In this document: piece by piece, positions 38,851-51,927 of the stretch
Numbering within the stretch: position 1 is the first letter of the stretch
How the letters are laid out: each line of letters begins with the position of its first letter
Notes under the pieces: generated by a model
What the model saw: the letters and a program-made list of their open reading frames with translations, nothing else
What the model was told of the DNA's origin: nothing
Database searches by the model: none
Assembly: GCF_000143415.4 (NCBI RefSeq)
Contig: NW_003314261.1
Coordinates: 1,351,674-1,415,673, forward strand
Reading direction: 5' to 3'
DNA length: 64,000 bases
Source: Selaginella moellendorffii
Lineage: Eukaryota; Plantae; Lycopodiophyta
Translations under genes and position numbers: made by a program

Positions 38851-38948
38851 CGGAAGATTCCAACCACCACGGAACATTCCGTCGAGCTAGCAGAATATTC
38901 TGTCAGCCCGGCGGAATATCCCGCAGACATTCTGCCGGGAATATTCGC
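38851..38948. promoter_or_regulatory. Cluster of palindromic GAAnnTTC/GNATATNC elements upstream of CYP710
   Basis: GAAGATTC, GAACATTC, GAATATTC (38893), GAATATCC (38914) and GAATATTC (38939) within ~100 bp. Confidence 0.5.
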
Positions 38949-39806
38949 CGCAAGCATGGGTGACAGGGGGATTTTACCCTCTCCCCTCCCCTGCTGCCGC
39001 GCAGAGCCACACGGTGGTGCGGGCACGCAGAGTAAGTGAGTACGTGCATTTTCTCTCCTTTGTCGGGATGTTCGGGGCTCGATTCCCGTGCGGGGCAGTC
39101 TGGGCTGGATGGCGACACCAAGAACCCTAAAAATAAAATGATGGTGGGCCAAAAGAAAGCTCTTGTGTGAGGATCTTAGTTGGATTGGTTGGATTCTCTG
39201 GTATTCGAGGCCATATCACATGTGGATGGCCACCCACGCCCCCACATTTATATGGGGCTTGAATGATTGTTGGGTCCCCGCCATCCTCCAAAAGCTAAAG
39301 GGGTATGTTATAGTTTTTTGTGATCTTGGCTGGAGCTTTCCATGAACAAGGAAGGGGGGGGAATCTTCGGATAGAGAGAAATCATGGAAATCATTTAGCC
39401 CAGCATCTGGTTGTTTCTCTTGGAACGAGAGAGATTCCAAACTTTCTCCGGATAGAGAGGCGGGGAAGGCGATGTGGATGGATGGATGGATGGATAGACA
39501 AAGGCCACTTCACTTGACGCTCTGTCTCGTAATGTACAAGAGGAAGGAAAGATAAAACGAAAAAACACAGCTACGTGAGAAACAAACAAAAGAGAGAAGA
39601 AGAAGAAAAAAGCGAGAAAATCCCAAACCCGAACGAGTCCAAGGAAGGACCCCGTGTGCTGCTGCTGCTGCTATTGCTGTTGCTACTGCTGCCTGTGCCA
39701 ATTGTACACTTGCCATCGATCAAGCAACCCTTGTTCTTCGTGATTCGTGACCAAGTTGAGCTTCCACCACTCCGCAAAAGCAAAAGTATCGCCAGATGAT
39801 CTCTCG

Positions 39807-42296
39807 TCAGTGATCCCACCCGTCTCGTCGAGTGCCAAACTCCCACTTCCGCACGGGCACCCTCCCGAACAACTTGGCGAACCTCGCCAGGCACTGGCTG
39901 CGCTTGTCGTAGTGTGTCTTTGTATCCTTGCTGATGGCTGCGCCTGAGAACCTCGACGTGTCGACCGCCCAGGAGGGGTGGACATACTCCACTGTCCGGG
40001 ACGTGGTGCCATTCGCCAGCAGAAAGTTGAGCAGGATGTCTTCGCAGTTGAATAGCTCGTCCACCACGGCACGGGCCTGCTCCACATCCGGACTCCAGTA
40101 TCTTTCAAATGCCGTCTGCCCGTCCATAAAGCCTGCCCCTGTGAGAATCATGTTGTAGCCTTTGCCCCGCCGAGCGTGCCTCTCGTTTCTGTACTCGAGC
40201 GGATCACCATCAATAAGCCGGGGGTAAAAGCCGACGATGCGCCCCGGCTTCTCCCTCCACGACCTGAATGCCCTCTCAACGTCATCGCAAGTCACCATAA
40301 TGTCGTCATCCAGCTCGAACACCCCCCTCGTCTTGATGAGCGGGTCTGGCTTAAACCTGTTGTTCAGCGAGTTCGTTGGCTCCACCCGGATCCTGACGGG
40401 AACAGCCGAGTCGAAGTCACTGGGGTCTGGCGGCGTCCCGTGGTTCCAGACCACCACGATCTCTTGCACCGACGGGCACCGCGAGTAGTGCTTGATATAC
40501 ATCTTCAGGTTCCATATCCTGGCGTCGTACGTCATCGTAAGCATGGTAAACTGCGAGTAGACGCCTTGCACTGGATAAGGCTCGTCGGCACCGCTACCGC
40601 CGAAGAAGCACCTGACCGCCACACAGATGGAGGCCACGCACATTGTAGTTACCAGGAAGCACAGCCAGAGCCGGAAGCAGAGGTTGGAACGCAAGCGATT
40701 GCGGAACGGAAGACTGTCCCTGTTGATTCTCAACACTGTCCTGTGCAACCTTGAGGAGAGTGGAACCCTTATCCACGACGTCAGCGAAGCATCCCCTCTC
40801 TTTCCAAGGCTCATATACTTTGGAGAAGTCACGCAGAATCCCAGGAGCCAGCCTACCGCCACGTTCAAGAGCACCAAAAACAGCAGGGCCGCAGCACCAA
40901 AATAAATCCGCACCGACAAGTCGCCTGACGGCACCCTGTCTCCGTCCATCACTGCAATCCAGTTCCCGGATGGCAGCTTCTGTGCGTCCAGATGGTGGTG
41001 CCTCACCCCATTCCATGCATACCTCCCTTTATGAGACTCTTCAAAACTGAAGCTAACCTCTACTTCCCTGAACTTGTCCTTCGTGAGGGTCTCCACGCGA
41101 AACAGCTTCACCCGGCTACCATACGTGGAGCCACAGTCTTGACCCGGCCTGTAGATGTGACCGTTGTATATAAACGGCCTCCCAGCATTGCGAGCACCTA
41201 AGCTCTTGTCACCATTCCGAACTGGATTCCCCCTGTGCTGCTTCCACGTACCCAGGGGACTTGAAGAGTACCACACCTCGAGCTCACCATTTTTGCGGGA
41301 GCCAAAACGCTGGAAGTTCGACGCAAAGATCCAGAACAGGCCGTTGTACTCCACCATAGCCGCGTCAACCAGTGGTTTGCGAATGAGAACTTTTTCGAGG
41401 GTCCACTGCAGCGGGAACTGGACGGCTCGATAAAGCCTTAGATCGCCTTGGGAGCTGCCTTCTGGCATCATGTAAACCTGGCATGCAAACCCTGCCGAAA
41501 GTGAGTTCCGCACTTAAGAGCATGGCCACATAGCCTCTTACCTGGCCATCATGATCGAAAACAAAGGGATACGACAAATGCCACGGCTCGTCCAATGCGA
41601 TGCCAAGTGTTTTCCATGTAGCTCCCTGATCAAGGCTTTCGGCAACCCCAATATCTCCTTGCATCGTGACGGAATTCTTCGTCTCATAAAATATGTACAT
41701 GCTCTCGTCCTTAAGAAAACGGGAATCAACACCATAAAAAAATAACGGAGAGAATCTGATAGCGACGACTTACGCGGAGATAGAGGAAGGGGTCCGCCAC
41801 AAAGTTGCTTGCGTGGTTCCCATCAGATGCGGATGCGCAAGTGAGCACGGGGTTTGCCACTGGCCAGGCTGACCCGGCATCATTGTTCACGCTTAGCTGT
41901 TCAAAGAAAAGCAAGGTTAAAGTCGTCTATAAGAAAAGAAGGAACTAAGCAAACCTTTTCCAGGGGTTCTAGGCTGAACGGGCTAGCTCCTTGAAAGACT
42001 CCAATGGCCCAGGAACCCTCATTATCAGGCTGACACCCGCTCCCAGCCACGGCTAGCCTCTGGTACTGATACGGCGAGAAAGTGAGCCACGCGAAGAGCA
42101 TGCCCACGCCACCAAACACCGCAAAGGAGCACAGGAAGAAGAGGAATGGCGACGACAAAAGGCAATCTCCATGGCGAAGCTTGTCATGGCACTTGGAGCA
42201 GCAGCCTGGATTCGTCCATCGCCACTTGCAGCGACACCTGGTTCCCGGGACATCGCAGCAGTCTGGCGAGGAGAAATTACCCCTCATCCCTCCCAT
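39807..42296 (-). CDS. GINT1: Glucosamine inositolphosphorylceramide transferase (GINT1, GT64 family)
   Basis: GCQPDNEGSWAIG, WPVANPVLTC, NFVADPFL, WHLSYPFVF, HHLDAQ, two TM helices, GT64 domain (NSLNNRF, ELDDD, NCEDILLNF). A short upstream exon near 42393 is possible. Confidence 0.92.
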
Positions 42297-42974
42297 CTCC
42301 TGGCCGGTGACCAAAACAGAGGGGAATCAGACCATAAAGGGGGCGGCAGCGATCTAAAAGGGGAAGATCTCTCACTCACCGATATTGCGGCATCGATTTT
42401 CATCGTCGTCGCGATCCTGACAGCATAATGGAATATTTCGGGCTCTTCGTGCTACATTGACGTGATCCACTGATCGCTCGGCGCTATCGATCGATCGATC
42501 GTCGCTGCCGCCGATGCGCGATAATCCTAATCCCCCCGCTACCTATCCCCCTAGCGCTTGCGCGACGCGGCCACAGAATGCGCGATGACGATCGCCTGCG
42601 CTAGAAGAGGATCAGGATCATCACATTCCTCCGCGGTCGCCTTGTCCAAAAATGTCAAAACCCTAGAGACTCTATTCAAGCGCTCCTTCGGTTGTTCCCT
42701 CCCCCATCTTTTTCTTTTTCGCGAGAGGAACAGGAAAGAAATCTGGCAGCGCCGAGGATCGAACCGGGACCGCCTGTGGACCGCCACGTCAGGATAACGG
42801 TCATGTTTCTTCGAGTTTTGTTACAACTGGTCGCGTCGCGCGCGTCGCTATTTCAACCGATCCAGCTGGTTTACCACTACCTCACTGGGATCTTTCCTGC
42901 CATGTGCAGCGTACATTCTCTGCTCAAAGCATCTATGAGAATATGCAAATTTATTTTAGGGCAGGGCGAGCGAG

Positions 42975-44151
42975 ATGGAGCACGAAGGAGTGGCGCCATC
43001 GCCAGCGCCAGCATTGTCCGTGAGGGCGCTGCAATTCAGCTACCCAGGTCAGGCTCCCTTCGTCGCGGATCTGTCGCTGGCGCTGCTTCCTGGGACGCGA
43101 TGCCTGCTCGTCGGAGCGAATGGAGCGGGTGCGTGATCGATGTGAGCTACATTTTGACTGGAAATCTGTGCAGGCAAGACGACTCTGCTGCGGATTTTCG
43201 CTGGTAAGCACCTCGTCGGTGGGAAAGACGTCGTCCAGGTGCTCGGAAGATCGGCATTCCATGATACCGCGCTTACTTGCGATGGAGACCTTGCATACCT
43301 CGGAGAGTCTTGGAATCGTCCTATCGGCTCAGCGGTATTTTCTTTTCTCCTTTGTAAGCCTATAAGCTTGTGGCCTTGCTGAGAAGCTCTTTTTTTTTTT
43401 TTTTCTCCAAGGGTGATGTGCCATTGCAAGGGGATTTTACAGCAGAACACATGATCTTTGGTGGTAAGTTCTATCGTTTCTTTTGGGATTCTTTTTTGTT
43501 CGATGCCTCGATCCAAAACTCTTCCTGTTTTGTACGCAGTCGAAGGAATCGATCCGGATAGACGACAAAGATTGATAGATCTTTTGGATATCAACCTGCA
43601 GTGGAAAATGCATAAAGTTTCCGATGGTCAGCGTCGCCGCGTACAAATTTGCATGGGGCTTCTGCGACCTTATAAGGTGCGGATGTTTTCCATAGATTCG
43701 GCTCGCAAATGATTGATAATCAAGGATGTAGGTTCTCTTGCTGGACGAGATCACTGTGGATTTAGACGTGGTTGGAAGGATGGACTTGCTGAGCTTTTTT
43801 ATAGAGGAATGCACAGAGGTATGCAACACAAAATCTTGATGATATTTTTTTGGAGGCTGAGAGGCTGCTTGGATGCCGTAGAGAGGGTGCACCATTGTTT
43901 ATGCAACACACATTTTTGATGGATTGGAGGCCTGGGCAACACACCTGGCCTATGTGGTTGATGGAAAACTTGAGCGGTTTACCATGGCTTCTGACCTTCT
44001 TAGTACTGGCGATTCCGTTAAGAGCCTTCTAAATATTATCGAGCCATGGCTCAGAGACGAGAGGAAGGTTAGAGAGTCTCGGCCGAAATCCTCCCTGCCA
44101 GTGCAAGCCTCACCTTGGGCTTCTAGTCGTCATATGGCTTATTATCGCTGA
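42975..44151 (+). CDS. ABC transporter I family soluble ATPase (ABCI19-21/CAF16-like)
   Basis: Walker A GANGAGKTT, signature [29 protein letters not shown]-terminal SSRHMAYYR*. Confidence 0.92.
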
Positions 44152-44364
44152 ACCTTGAATCTAATGAGCTCTTCTGTTTTAACACTTACTATAGATGATA
44201 CGAATGTGGAAGAACTCGTAACAGAAAGCAAGCTGACTTTGCATTATGATCAAAAACTGGTGAGGAAAAACACAAAGAAAGAAAGGCAAAGATTTTTCAC
44301 TAAGCTTTTGCTATATCTCCCCGACTGAGACTGTGAATCGGTGCTTGCAGACACAAGCTGGGCC

Positions 44365-44919
44365 TCAAAAGGAAAATCTTGGCAAGCCTTCGTCGTTGAT
44401 CTCCATACCACCGAGAGATGGCAGCATCCTGCTCAAGTCCATGACGGGCTCTTGAAAGCTGGACATTATGTCGATGTCGCTGAAAGTGCCGAGCCTCTCT
44501 GGGATGTAGATGGGATTTCTTCTTGGGGGCGTATTCATGGACAACTTGAGAATATGAGGCGGCACCAGGATTCTGTTGGACTCTGGCTCGGGGACGGAAG
44601 CACAGCTCTGCCGGGACTTCGATCGAACAGTGCCGACTTTGGTATCGTTGCTGCAACTTCTGCCAGTGAGCTCCTGAACCAGAGATCGAAAATTGGCGGC
44701 GTCCGTCTTTATGACAGTGGGATTGAAGATGTGAACTACTCTAATGACCGGCACGCGGTGCCTTGGGGGACGCTCAGAATGACCATCACTGCCATCGCTA
44801 CTACTAGTGCTGCTGCTGCTACTGCTGCTGCTGCTAGAAGGCGAAGAAGAAGGAGAGATCGACTTGAGGATGGTGTGAGAGCCTTTGCTGGTCCTATGAA
44901 GATTTCTTCCGTACTCCAT
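44365..44919 (-). CDS. VQ motif-containing protein
   Basis: PTVIKTDAANFRSLVQELTG (FxxhVQxhTG). Ser-rich and intronless. Start placed at MEYG. Confidence 0.88.
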   Translation of the reverse strand: MEYGRNLHRTSKGSHTILKSISPSSSPSSSSSSSSSSTSSSDGSDGHSERPPRHRVPVIRVVHIFNPTVIKTDAANFRSLVQELTGRSCSNDTKVGTVRSKSRQSCASVPEPESNRILVPPHILKLSMNTPPRRNPIYIPERLGTFSDIDIMSSFQEPVMDLSRMLPSLGGMEINDEGLPRFSF

Positions 44920-46603
44920 ACCGTCAGACGGGGAAACAACGTGAAAATGCAGGAGGCTTAAGAGCATTCCAGGTTCTCCCGAAGCACAAACAAGGCAAAC
45001 GAACAAGAACAAGAACAAGAGCTTCTCTCTAGCGATTGGCGCGGGGAATTTCAAGAGTGTTCTTGGAAAGAGTAGCAGCAGACAGGGTGCTCGAAAGCAG
45101 GAGACGATAAATATATAAGCTTGTGGAGGTGGGAACAAGGGAGCTCACAAGAAAAGAGCGTGCCTATATCCTGGCCTTTGCTCATAAAAGCAGAGCCAAT
45201 CGTGGCACAGGGACGAGGGAGAGATCAAGCAGGAAATCGGGGGCCTCAGACAGGGGGTGATGGCGAATCTAGGTCCCACAAGACACGCAAAACATTCAAG
45301 GAGATGATTAAGTTGGCTGCCTCCTTCCAGGTGGATCATCTTACAGACAAAGGCAAAGTTGCAGCAGGGGGGATATCAAGCAAGCAAGCAATCAAACAAG
45401 CAAACATACGCGAGCAGGGACAAAAGCAAAAAGAGGGAAATGGTGGAAAAAAGGGGTGAAAAATCTCACTTTCAGGTTGGTTGCGATAAAGCGAAAAGCA
45501 TGGTTTCGAATGCGACCAGTCCAACGAAGTAGGTGTGGAAATTCTTTCTATCATTTGGCTGATCATCTACTAATCATACGTTTTCCCACAGAGAAGTTTT
45601 CGAGTTTTCCGATCGGTCCCGGATTACCATCCTGTGATCTCATTCGATAGTGAGAGAGCCGACAGCGACAAAGGTGATTAGGTGCTAAGACAACAAACCG
45701 ACGGGGCGACACAAGCGGTAACTTGTGTTTTCCTGCTCTACGAGATAACAAAAGACTTGTGTTTGATGTGCGTGCTGCAGGTTGGTAACCTGCGCTGAAC
45801 GACTAAACATTGAGTGAGTGAGCTCTGTTTTTTCTTTGTCTTTACGGGCGCTCATTCATTGCTTGCTGTGTTGATCGTGGTGCTAGTTAAACGTTGAAAA
45901 AACCACACTGGCTAGCTGGCTGGATGCATGCATTGGTGCTCTCAAACAAGGAACGACGAGCTAGAAGCAAGACAGAAACCACAGAGGCGCGACAGAGAAA
46001 GGTACCCCGCTATTGCAACAGGTACCAGAATTAGAACGGTGTGGGGTCTTCTCTCACAAATGGCGTTGCGTGCGGCCGATTCTTCAATTTTTTACCTTCG
46101 CAGCAGAGCTCCTAGTGCCGACAAACGACCATGGTGGTGGTGGTTTCGATCTCGAGTAAGATTCTCCCAGTTTGATGCTTAAAAATCTCTCTTTTACTGA
46201 CTAGCTGTGTTCCAGATCTTGGTACTACGACCTCAGATAATCTGCCATGGCACACAAGAGCACACAAGAGCGAATAATAGGAAGATAAGCACAACAAACA
46301 CGTACGGAAGGGGCCGGGGAAGGAGTACGACACGCCGCGTCGGGTTTTGTTTTGTCGCCGAATGTGGGGGCATCCGTTAGACCTGCCGGGACTGACGCCC
46401 ACAGCCATGTCATTCGTCTTCCTCGTAACCGGCAGCACAGCCGCCAGCTAGCGAGCAGCCGTTACAGATAGAAGATTTACTCAAGGTCCCACATCGTGCG
46501 CGCAGCGATCGCTCTGAGTAAATCACGCAACGCAAAGTTTTGCTGATAAACGCAAAGAAGCAAGTAAGTACCTCTCTCTCTCTATCTCCGTTTTCTCACG
46601 CTT

Positions 46604-47557
46604 TTAATCCGAGTCTGAATCGTGTCGCTGCCTCTTTGAGTGCTGCTGCTCGTCCTCGTCTCGATCCTCGTCTTTCCCCGATGATCTTCGCTTGAGCTCC
46701 TTTTGTTGCCGCCTTTCTTCCTTGCGTGCGAGTTTAGCCGCTTTTCTCTCCTCTTTGCGAGCGTTCTTCTCCTGCCTCCTCCGCTCCTTGGTTTCTTCTT
46801 TGCTGCTCCTCTTGCCACCATCTGTAGAGGTTGCAGCTGGTTCACTGGTTGCGAGCTTCTCCGGTTGTATCCCCGCCAATTGTTCTCCCCGTTCGTAGCC
46901 TCGTTGTTTCTTACTTGCTGCTGTACTGCGCAGGGAAACCGACAGTGAGCGCGCGACACGAGAAGGGAAGGGAGCAAACTTACGGTCCAAACCCAAGTCC
47001 TTGGATTCGTTCCGCGGCAGTGTAAGTCTCGGAGAGCTCCTCGGCAGTTTTTCCAGGCTTCAAAAGCTCCTCCAGCTCGTGTTTGTCGAGACGATTGACT
47101 TGGTTGCGTTTGTCTCGAGTAGGAGCCAAGCCCAAGGCCTCGCGCATTGCTTGATCTTCCTCGGCTTTGATTCTCTCGATCTCTGCCTTCGCGGCAGCGT
47201 CGGCCGATCCTCCTCCCTTTGCGTACCATGTCAAATCTTTGCCTGGAAGAAGCAAAAAAAACCAAGAGAGAAGAGTTAGGAAACAATGAAAGAATGAGTT
47301 CGCCAAAGGAAACAATGGGAATGGAATGGAAGAGTCTGATTGCCAAAGGAAGAGTGGAATGGAATAGATACCTCTTTGCCAGCGTCCCACTGGAGCTTTG
47401 ACGCTGTGGCCCAGGTAATTCTCTCGATGCTTATCGACCTTGACATCGTCCCAATTAAACTCTGCGCCACCGCCAATTCAGAGATTGATGATCGATCAAA
47501 CATAGACTACTTACGATCGCGGCCTCCCCGGACGCCTCCGCGCGATGGATGATACAT
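46604..47557 (-). CDS. MMTAG2: Multiple myeloma tumor-associated protein 2 homolog
   Basis: [53 protein letters not shown], Lys/Arg tail ending RHDSDSD*. Confidence 0.9.
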
Positions 47558-47763
47558 TTCCTCCCTGCCCAGAAGCCCTAGAAAGTGGAATTAGGGCACA
47601 AAACTAGATGAACACGTGGCGCGTTGTGGTTGGCTGAGTTCTTAAAGGGTAAAACACGAGAGCTAGGGTTTGTGCAGCGCACCGTCTTCTTCGAGGTACG
47701 CAACTCCATCGCCTTGGCATCGTTTGTGATCTTTGGCCTCTCCCTCTCAACGCAGCGGCAGCT

Positions 47764-48541
47764 ATGGCGCTTCTTCCCAGGGCAGCTCGAATGGCGGTGT
47801 CCAGCACCGCGGCGAGGTCAAATCTTCTCAAGAGCAGCTTGCCGGCGATCAGCAGGGCGGATTATGCCACATCCAGCAGCAGCGGGGAATCCTCCGGCCT
47901 GGCGAATTTCGTCATCTCCAAGCTCGATTCCGTGATCAATTATGTGCGAGCGGGATCGATCTGGCCCATGACTTTCGGCCTGGCGTGCTGCGCCGTGGAG
48001 ATGATGCACACTGGAGCCGCGCGCTACGACTTGGATAGGTTTGGAATGATCTTCCGTCCCAGCCCCAGGCAGTCGGATTGCATGATCGTGGCTGGGACTC
48101 TCACCAACAAGATGGCTCCAGCTCTTCGCAGGTACTTGGTTTTTCTCTCTTCCTTTTAGTTTCCTTCTCTTTGCCTTGAGTCGGTGTGAAGATCTTCGTT
48201 GTTCTTTGTTGTGAAGATCTCCATTGTTCTTTGTGTCGGTGTGGAGTTCTTTCCAAAGTTCTTGAGCGTTCTTTCCTTGCGTCAACTGATAGTTTTCTAC
48301 GTGCAGGGTCTACGATCAAATGCCCGAGCCGCGCTGGGTGGTCTCGATGGGAAGCTGTGCGAATGGCGGTGGCTACTACCATTACTCGTACGCTGTGGTT
48401 CGCGGTTGTGACCGGATTGTCCCAGTGGATATCTACGTCCCGGGGTGTCCGCCCACCGCCGAGGCGCTTCTCTACGGTCTCCTCCAGCTCCAGAAGAAGA
48501 TCAAGCGCCGCAAGCAGATCGCCCTCTGGTGGGCCGAGTAA
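47764..48541 (+). CDS. NDUFS7: NADH:ubiquinone oxidoreductase PSST/20-kDa subunit
   Basis: [64 protein letters not shown]. One intron. Confidence 0.96.
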
Positions 48542-49032
48542 GTTTGCGGTATGGACTTTTTGTGATTCTCTTGTTGTTTTAGTGGTATATTGTCTACGTA
48601 TCATGCCTGGCTTGTCTGGAAAAGAAATGTTTGCCTGGTAAATAAATGCCTTTTCATTGACACTCGTGTTTTCGAGAGAGTTCTTTTTCTTTTTTTCCAG
48701 TAGCAGCGTCTTCGGGAGAGTTCTTGCACCCTCTTCGGGAGAGTTCAAGCAAAAGTGACTGTAAGATTCGCTAACGTGCGTCTTTTTTATCCTTACTGTG
48801 GTTGGCACCACGTTTTCGAATGCATGCGTTTTTACAAATCACTGCGGGACAAATGTCGACGAGAATCGGATAAGATTTATAGCCAGGTTAACAGTTCTTT
48901 TGTTTCTTGTTTTCGTAAGGACCGGAGCTTGCCTTGCTTTGTTCTCGAGAGATGATGCAGGCTTTCGCGAGTGTAAGTTAGTATCATCTATCAAGCCTTT
49001 GGTTTTTCTAACTTAGTGTGCGCTTGTTTGTG

Positions 49033-49620
49033 ATGCAGCGTTTGATCCGTGGTGTTGCCAAGAAGAGTGCAGCAGCAGCGGGGGCTCCGAGCTGGAGAAA
49101 TGCTGCTACCAGTACGAGGATCAAGCGCCCTGAAGACGTTGTTCCAAATCCTTATACCGGCGACGCTGGTGTGATGAAGAGGCAGACAGCATCCGAGTAC
49201 TTGCATCAGCGCGGAAGGTAGTTTTCTTTCTTCCTTCTTTTCGATTTCCCTAAGGTGGATCCACTGCACAGAGTGTACCAGGTACCGTGTAGGAAAAACG
49301 GGATGAAGATGGTAACGACCGACATCCTCCGTAGAGAGCTCCTTCCAGTGCTTCCTCTGGCGGGAATGGTGTTGCTCGCCATTGGGCTGGGGGTGTGGAC
49401 GTTCTGGTGGGAGCACGTAGCCCATCCCAACGTGAGCATCACTCGCGACCTCCGGGAGAGGCTGTTCGAGATCGAGCACCCCGAGTGGGTCAAGCGCAAA
49501 GCCGCCGTCTACCTCCAGAGCCCGCTGCGGAAGATGTCACTCGAGTGGCCAACCGCTCGCATCGCTCACATCCAGCAGGAGCCTCCGCCCCCGATCGGCC
49601 ATGGCGGCCCCTTGAGCTGA
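49033..49620 (+). CDS. B12D/NDUFA4(MLRQ)-like membrane protein with an N-terminal extension, 2 exons
   Basis: ELLPVLPLAGMVLLAIGLGVWTF TM followed by HPNVSITRDLRERLFEIEHP..SPLRKM, as in B12D-like proteins. Mitochondrial-presequence-like start. Confidence 0.6.
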
Positions 49621-49761
49621 AGAGCTTCTTCTTCTTCTTCGTGGTAGTGTAAGTGTTTCAAGTTTTTCTTTCTGTTCTAAAGCAAAGCTCTTGTTTTGTG
49701 TGCGAAAGTATGTATATAAAAAGACGAGTTTTGGAGATCTGAAGGAGTCCGAGGAATAAGA

Positions 49762-51927
49762 TTACAAGTTTTGTTTCAGAGGAGATCTCGTTGGTTGCAA
49801 CCAGTCCGGTTCTTGAGGTTGGTTATTATCGCTTTCAGTTGGCGATTTGCGGCACTTGCGACACAAAAACACGACGGAAACGAAGATGGCACAAGCGGCG
49901 ACAACTCCGCCCGCAGCGATACCAGCGATTACTTTGCTCGTTCCCTTCTTTGCGGAACGAGGAGGAGGAGAAGCACTGGCTGTAGCGGCACAAGTTTCAC
50001 AACATATAAAATCCCTGATGGGCGTGGTAAAGTCGCCTCTTGGACAGATTGGAGCCAGGCTCCCACGGAAGTCACAGCTGATGGTCGCATTGGAGAGCTG
50101 CAAAATCAAAGTTCTCTCAATCTAAAAAGCAAAATCGAAGTTCCACGTAACTGTTCGAGCGAGAGGAAGAGGCTTTTGCTGTGAAGGAGGAAAGGATCGT
50201 TGAGATAAAGCTTTCTCAACCGTAGGCTGGCCAAGCTTTGCGATAAGCCCATCAGCAAGAACATCTATCGATGCAACTCCAATCAACTGTTGATTTGCAT
50301 CAAAAGCTGCATGAAGTTAAAATAATTACTAAGAAGAAGCAGACTAATAAATAATAGTTCTATACAAACCTGGAAAGATGGAAGTTGTCACATTGCCAAG
50401 GCCAGCAGAATCAGCATACAAGCTCGCCCAAACTGGTTTCTTGTTGACGGCGACAAAGCGAAGCCATGCAATGTAGTCGAAGTAGCTGTGGATCTTGAGC
50501 AGCGGGTTTTTGTCGTCACTGATGAACTCGTAGCTCATGTTGAGGCTGCTCTGCATTTGCTGGAAAGCGGCACTGTCGTTGGACGTGAAGGACCCAATTC
50601 TGTAGACGAACACCACAACGTTTCTCGCGTTCAGCTGTGCCAAAACTGGGCTCAGTTGGGTGAAGTTGAAATTGCCAGGGGTGACAAACTGTCCATCTGT
50701 GAAGAGGATTATGACCTGGGATTTGCCAAGTTGAAGAAACCAATGTGATTTCTTGTGATTATCACACGAAAAGCATCTTACATTCAAGTTGGAGCTGGTG
50801 TTGAAGAAATGAAGTGCTCCTTGCAGCCCATTCTTTATGTTACTGGCTGAGTTTGTAACACTTGTGTTGCTTATGGAATCTTTGAGGGATGAGATTCCAG
50901 TCAGATTCAAAGAGGTTTCCTGGACGTCAAGAACTACGGAAACCTGGAATTCAGAACCTCATGATCAGAAGTTATCCCAGTTTCTGCTGAAAAACTTAAC
51001 TGGAGCTCCGATTTTCTCACCACCGATCGTTGACACAGCCACTTGATCTCCATTAGTGAGGGTGTTTAGCAGCTGCTTAATGATGTTACTTGCAACATTA
51101 AAGCGGCTTTGGGAGGATAAAACTCCAGTGGGATTGCTCATGGAAGTGGAGGTGTCCAAGAGAATGTAGAGCGATTTTTGGATCGCCAAAGTATTGAGAA
51201 ACCATGGCCTGAGCCTTGGATCGTAAAGATCACACTGCCCACTGTCGACATAGTCCTGTCAATATAAAGACATAAACTCTCGCTTGCAGGGAAGAAATGC
51301 TTATTGTGCACTTACCCGGCCCGGGTAAACATACAAGTATCCTTCAATCCCTCCAAAGAAAGCCCAGCCAACGGAAAACTTATTCGTGTTATTCCAGGCC
51401 TGTTGTAGCTTCTTGTCTAGAGATTTTTGAGCACACAAGACCGTCTGAAAATCTCGATCTTTCTCCGGGTCTTGATCGGCTGGGACTCTAGATGATCATA
51501 GCAACATCTCAAGTCAAAGCTGTACATTGACAAACTAGATACCTGAGGTATGTTTTTTGAGTTGAAACGCTTAAGCTCTGGCAAGTTCCATTTGCCGGAG
51601 ACGTGCAGTCTCCATTGCGGAATACTGAAATGCAAGAGAGCTTTTGGATCTCATCCTTGGACTGCGGCCAGCAAGGGCGCCTTTTGCAAGTGTCGAGTGA
51701 GCAATCCGATAGACTTCCTGGAGTGACAATACTCTACAAAGTTGTTTGAGATTGAGGTTCAAGAGCTTACCACAAGTATTGGCTCGATTTAAGATTGCTT
51801 GATTTGCGATTTGCTGGACCTGGAAGTCGGTCTCGTTCAGCACTGTTTCGATGTTATCTTGAGCGTTTGCTAGCAGCAAAGACAAGACTCCTAAAAAGGC
51901 GGATCTAAGCAAGAGGGAGCTCTCCAT
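49762..51927 (-). CDS. alpha2delta/CACHD1-like vWA + dCache single-pass membrane protein, paralog A1
   Basis: Signal peptide, GYLYVYPG, YDPRLRPWF, vWA MIDAS DTSTS...FTDG, WASLYADSAGLGNVTT, LIGVASIDV, C-terminal TM and short tail. Exons appear to join in frame. Confidence 0.8.

Noticed and set aside
37773-39152. 459-aa Gly/Ala/Arg-rich ORF overlapping CYP710
   Set aside because: Alternative frame of GC-rich sequence; low complexity.
39475-39692. (GGAT)n and (CTG)n runs and the poly-Leu/Ala ORFs over them; also (CA)n at ~1421 and ~7093
   Set aside because: Ordinary microsatellites.
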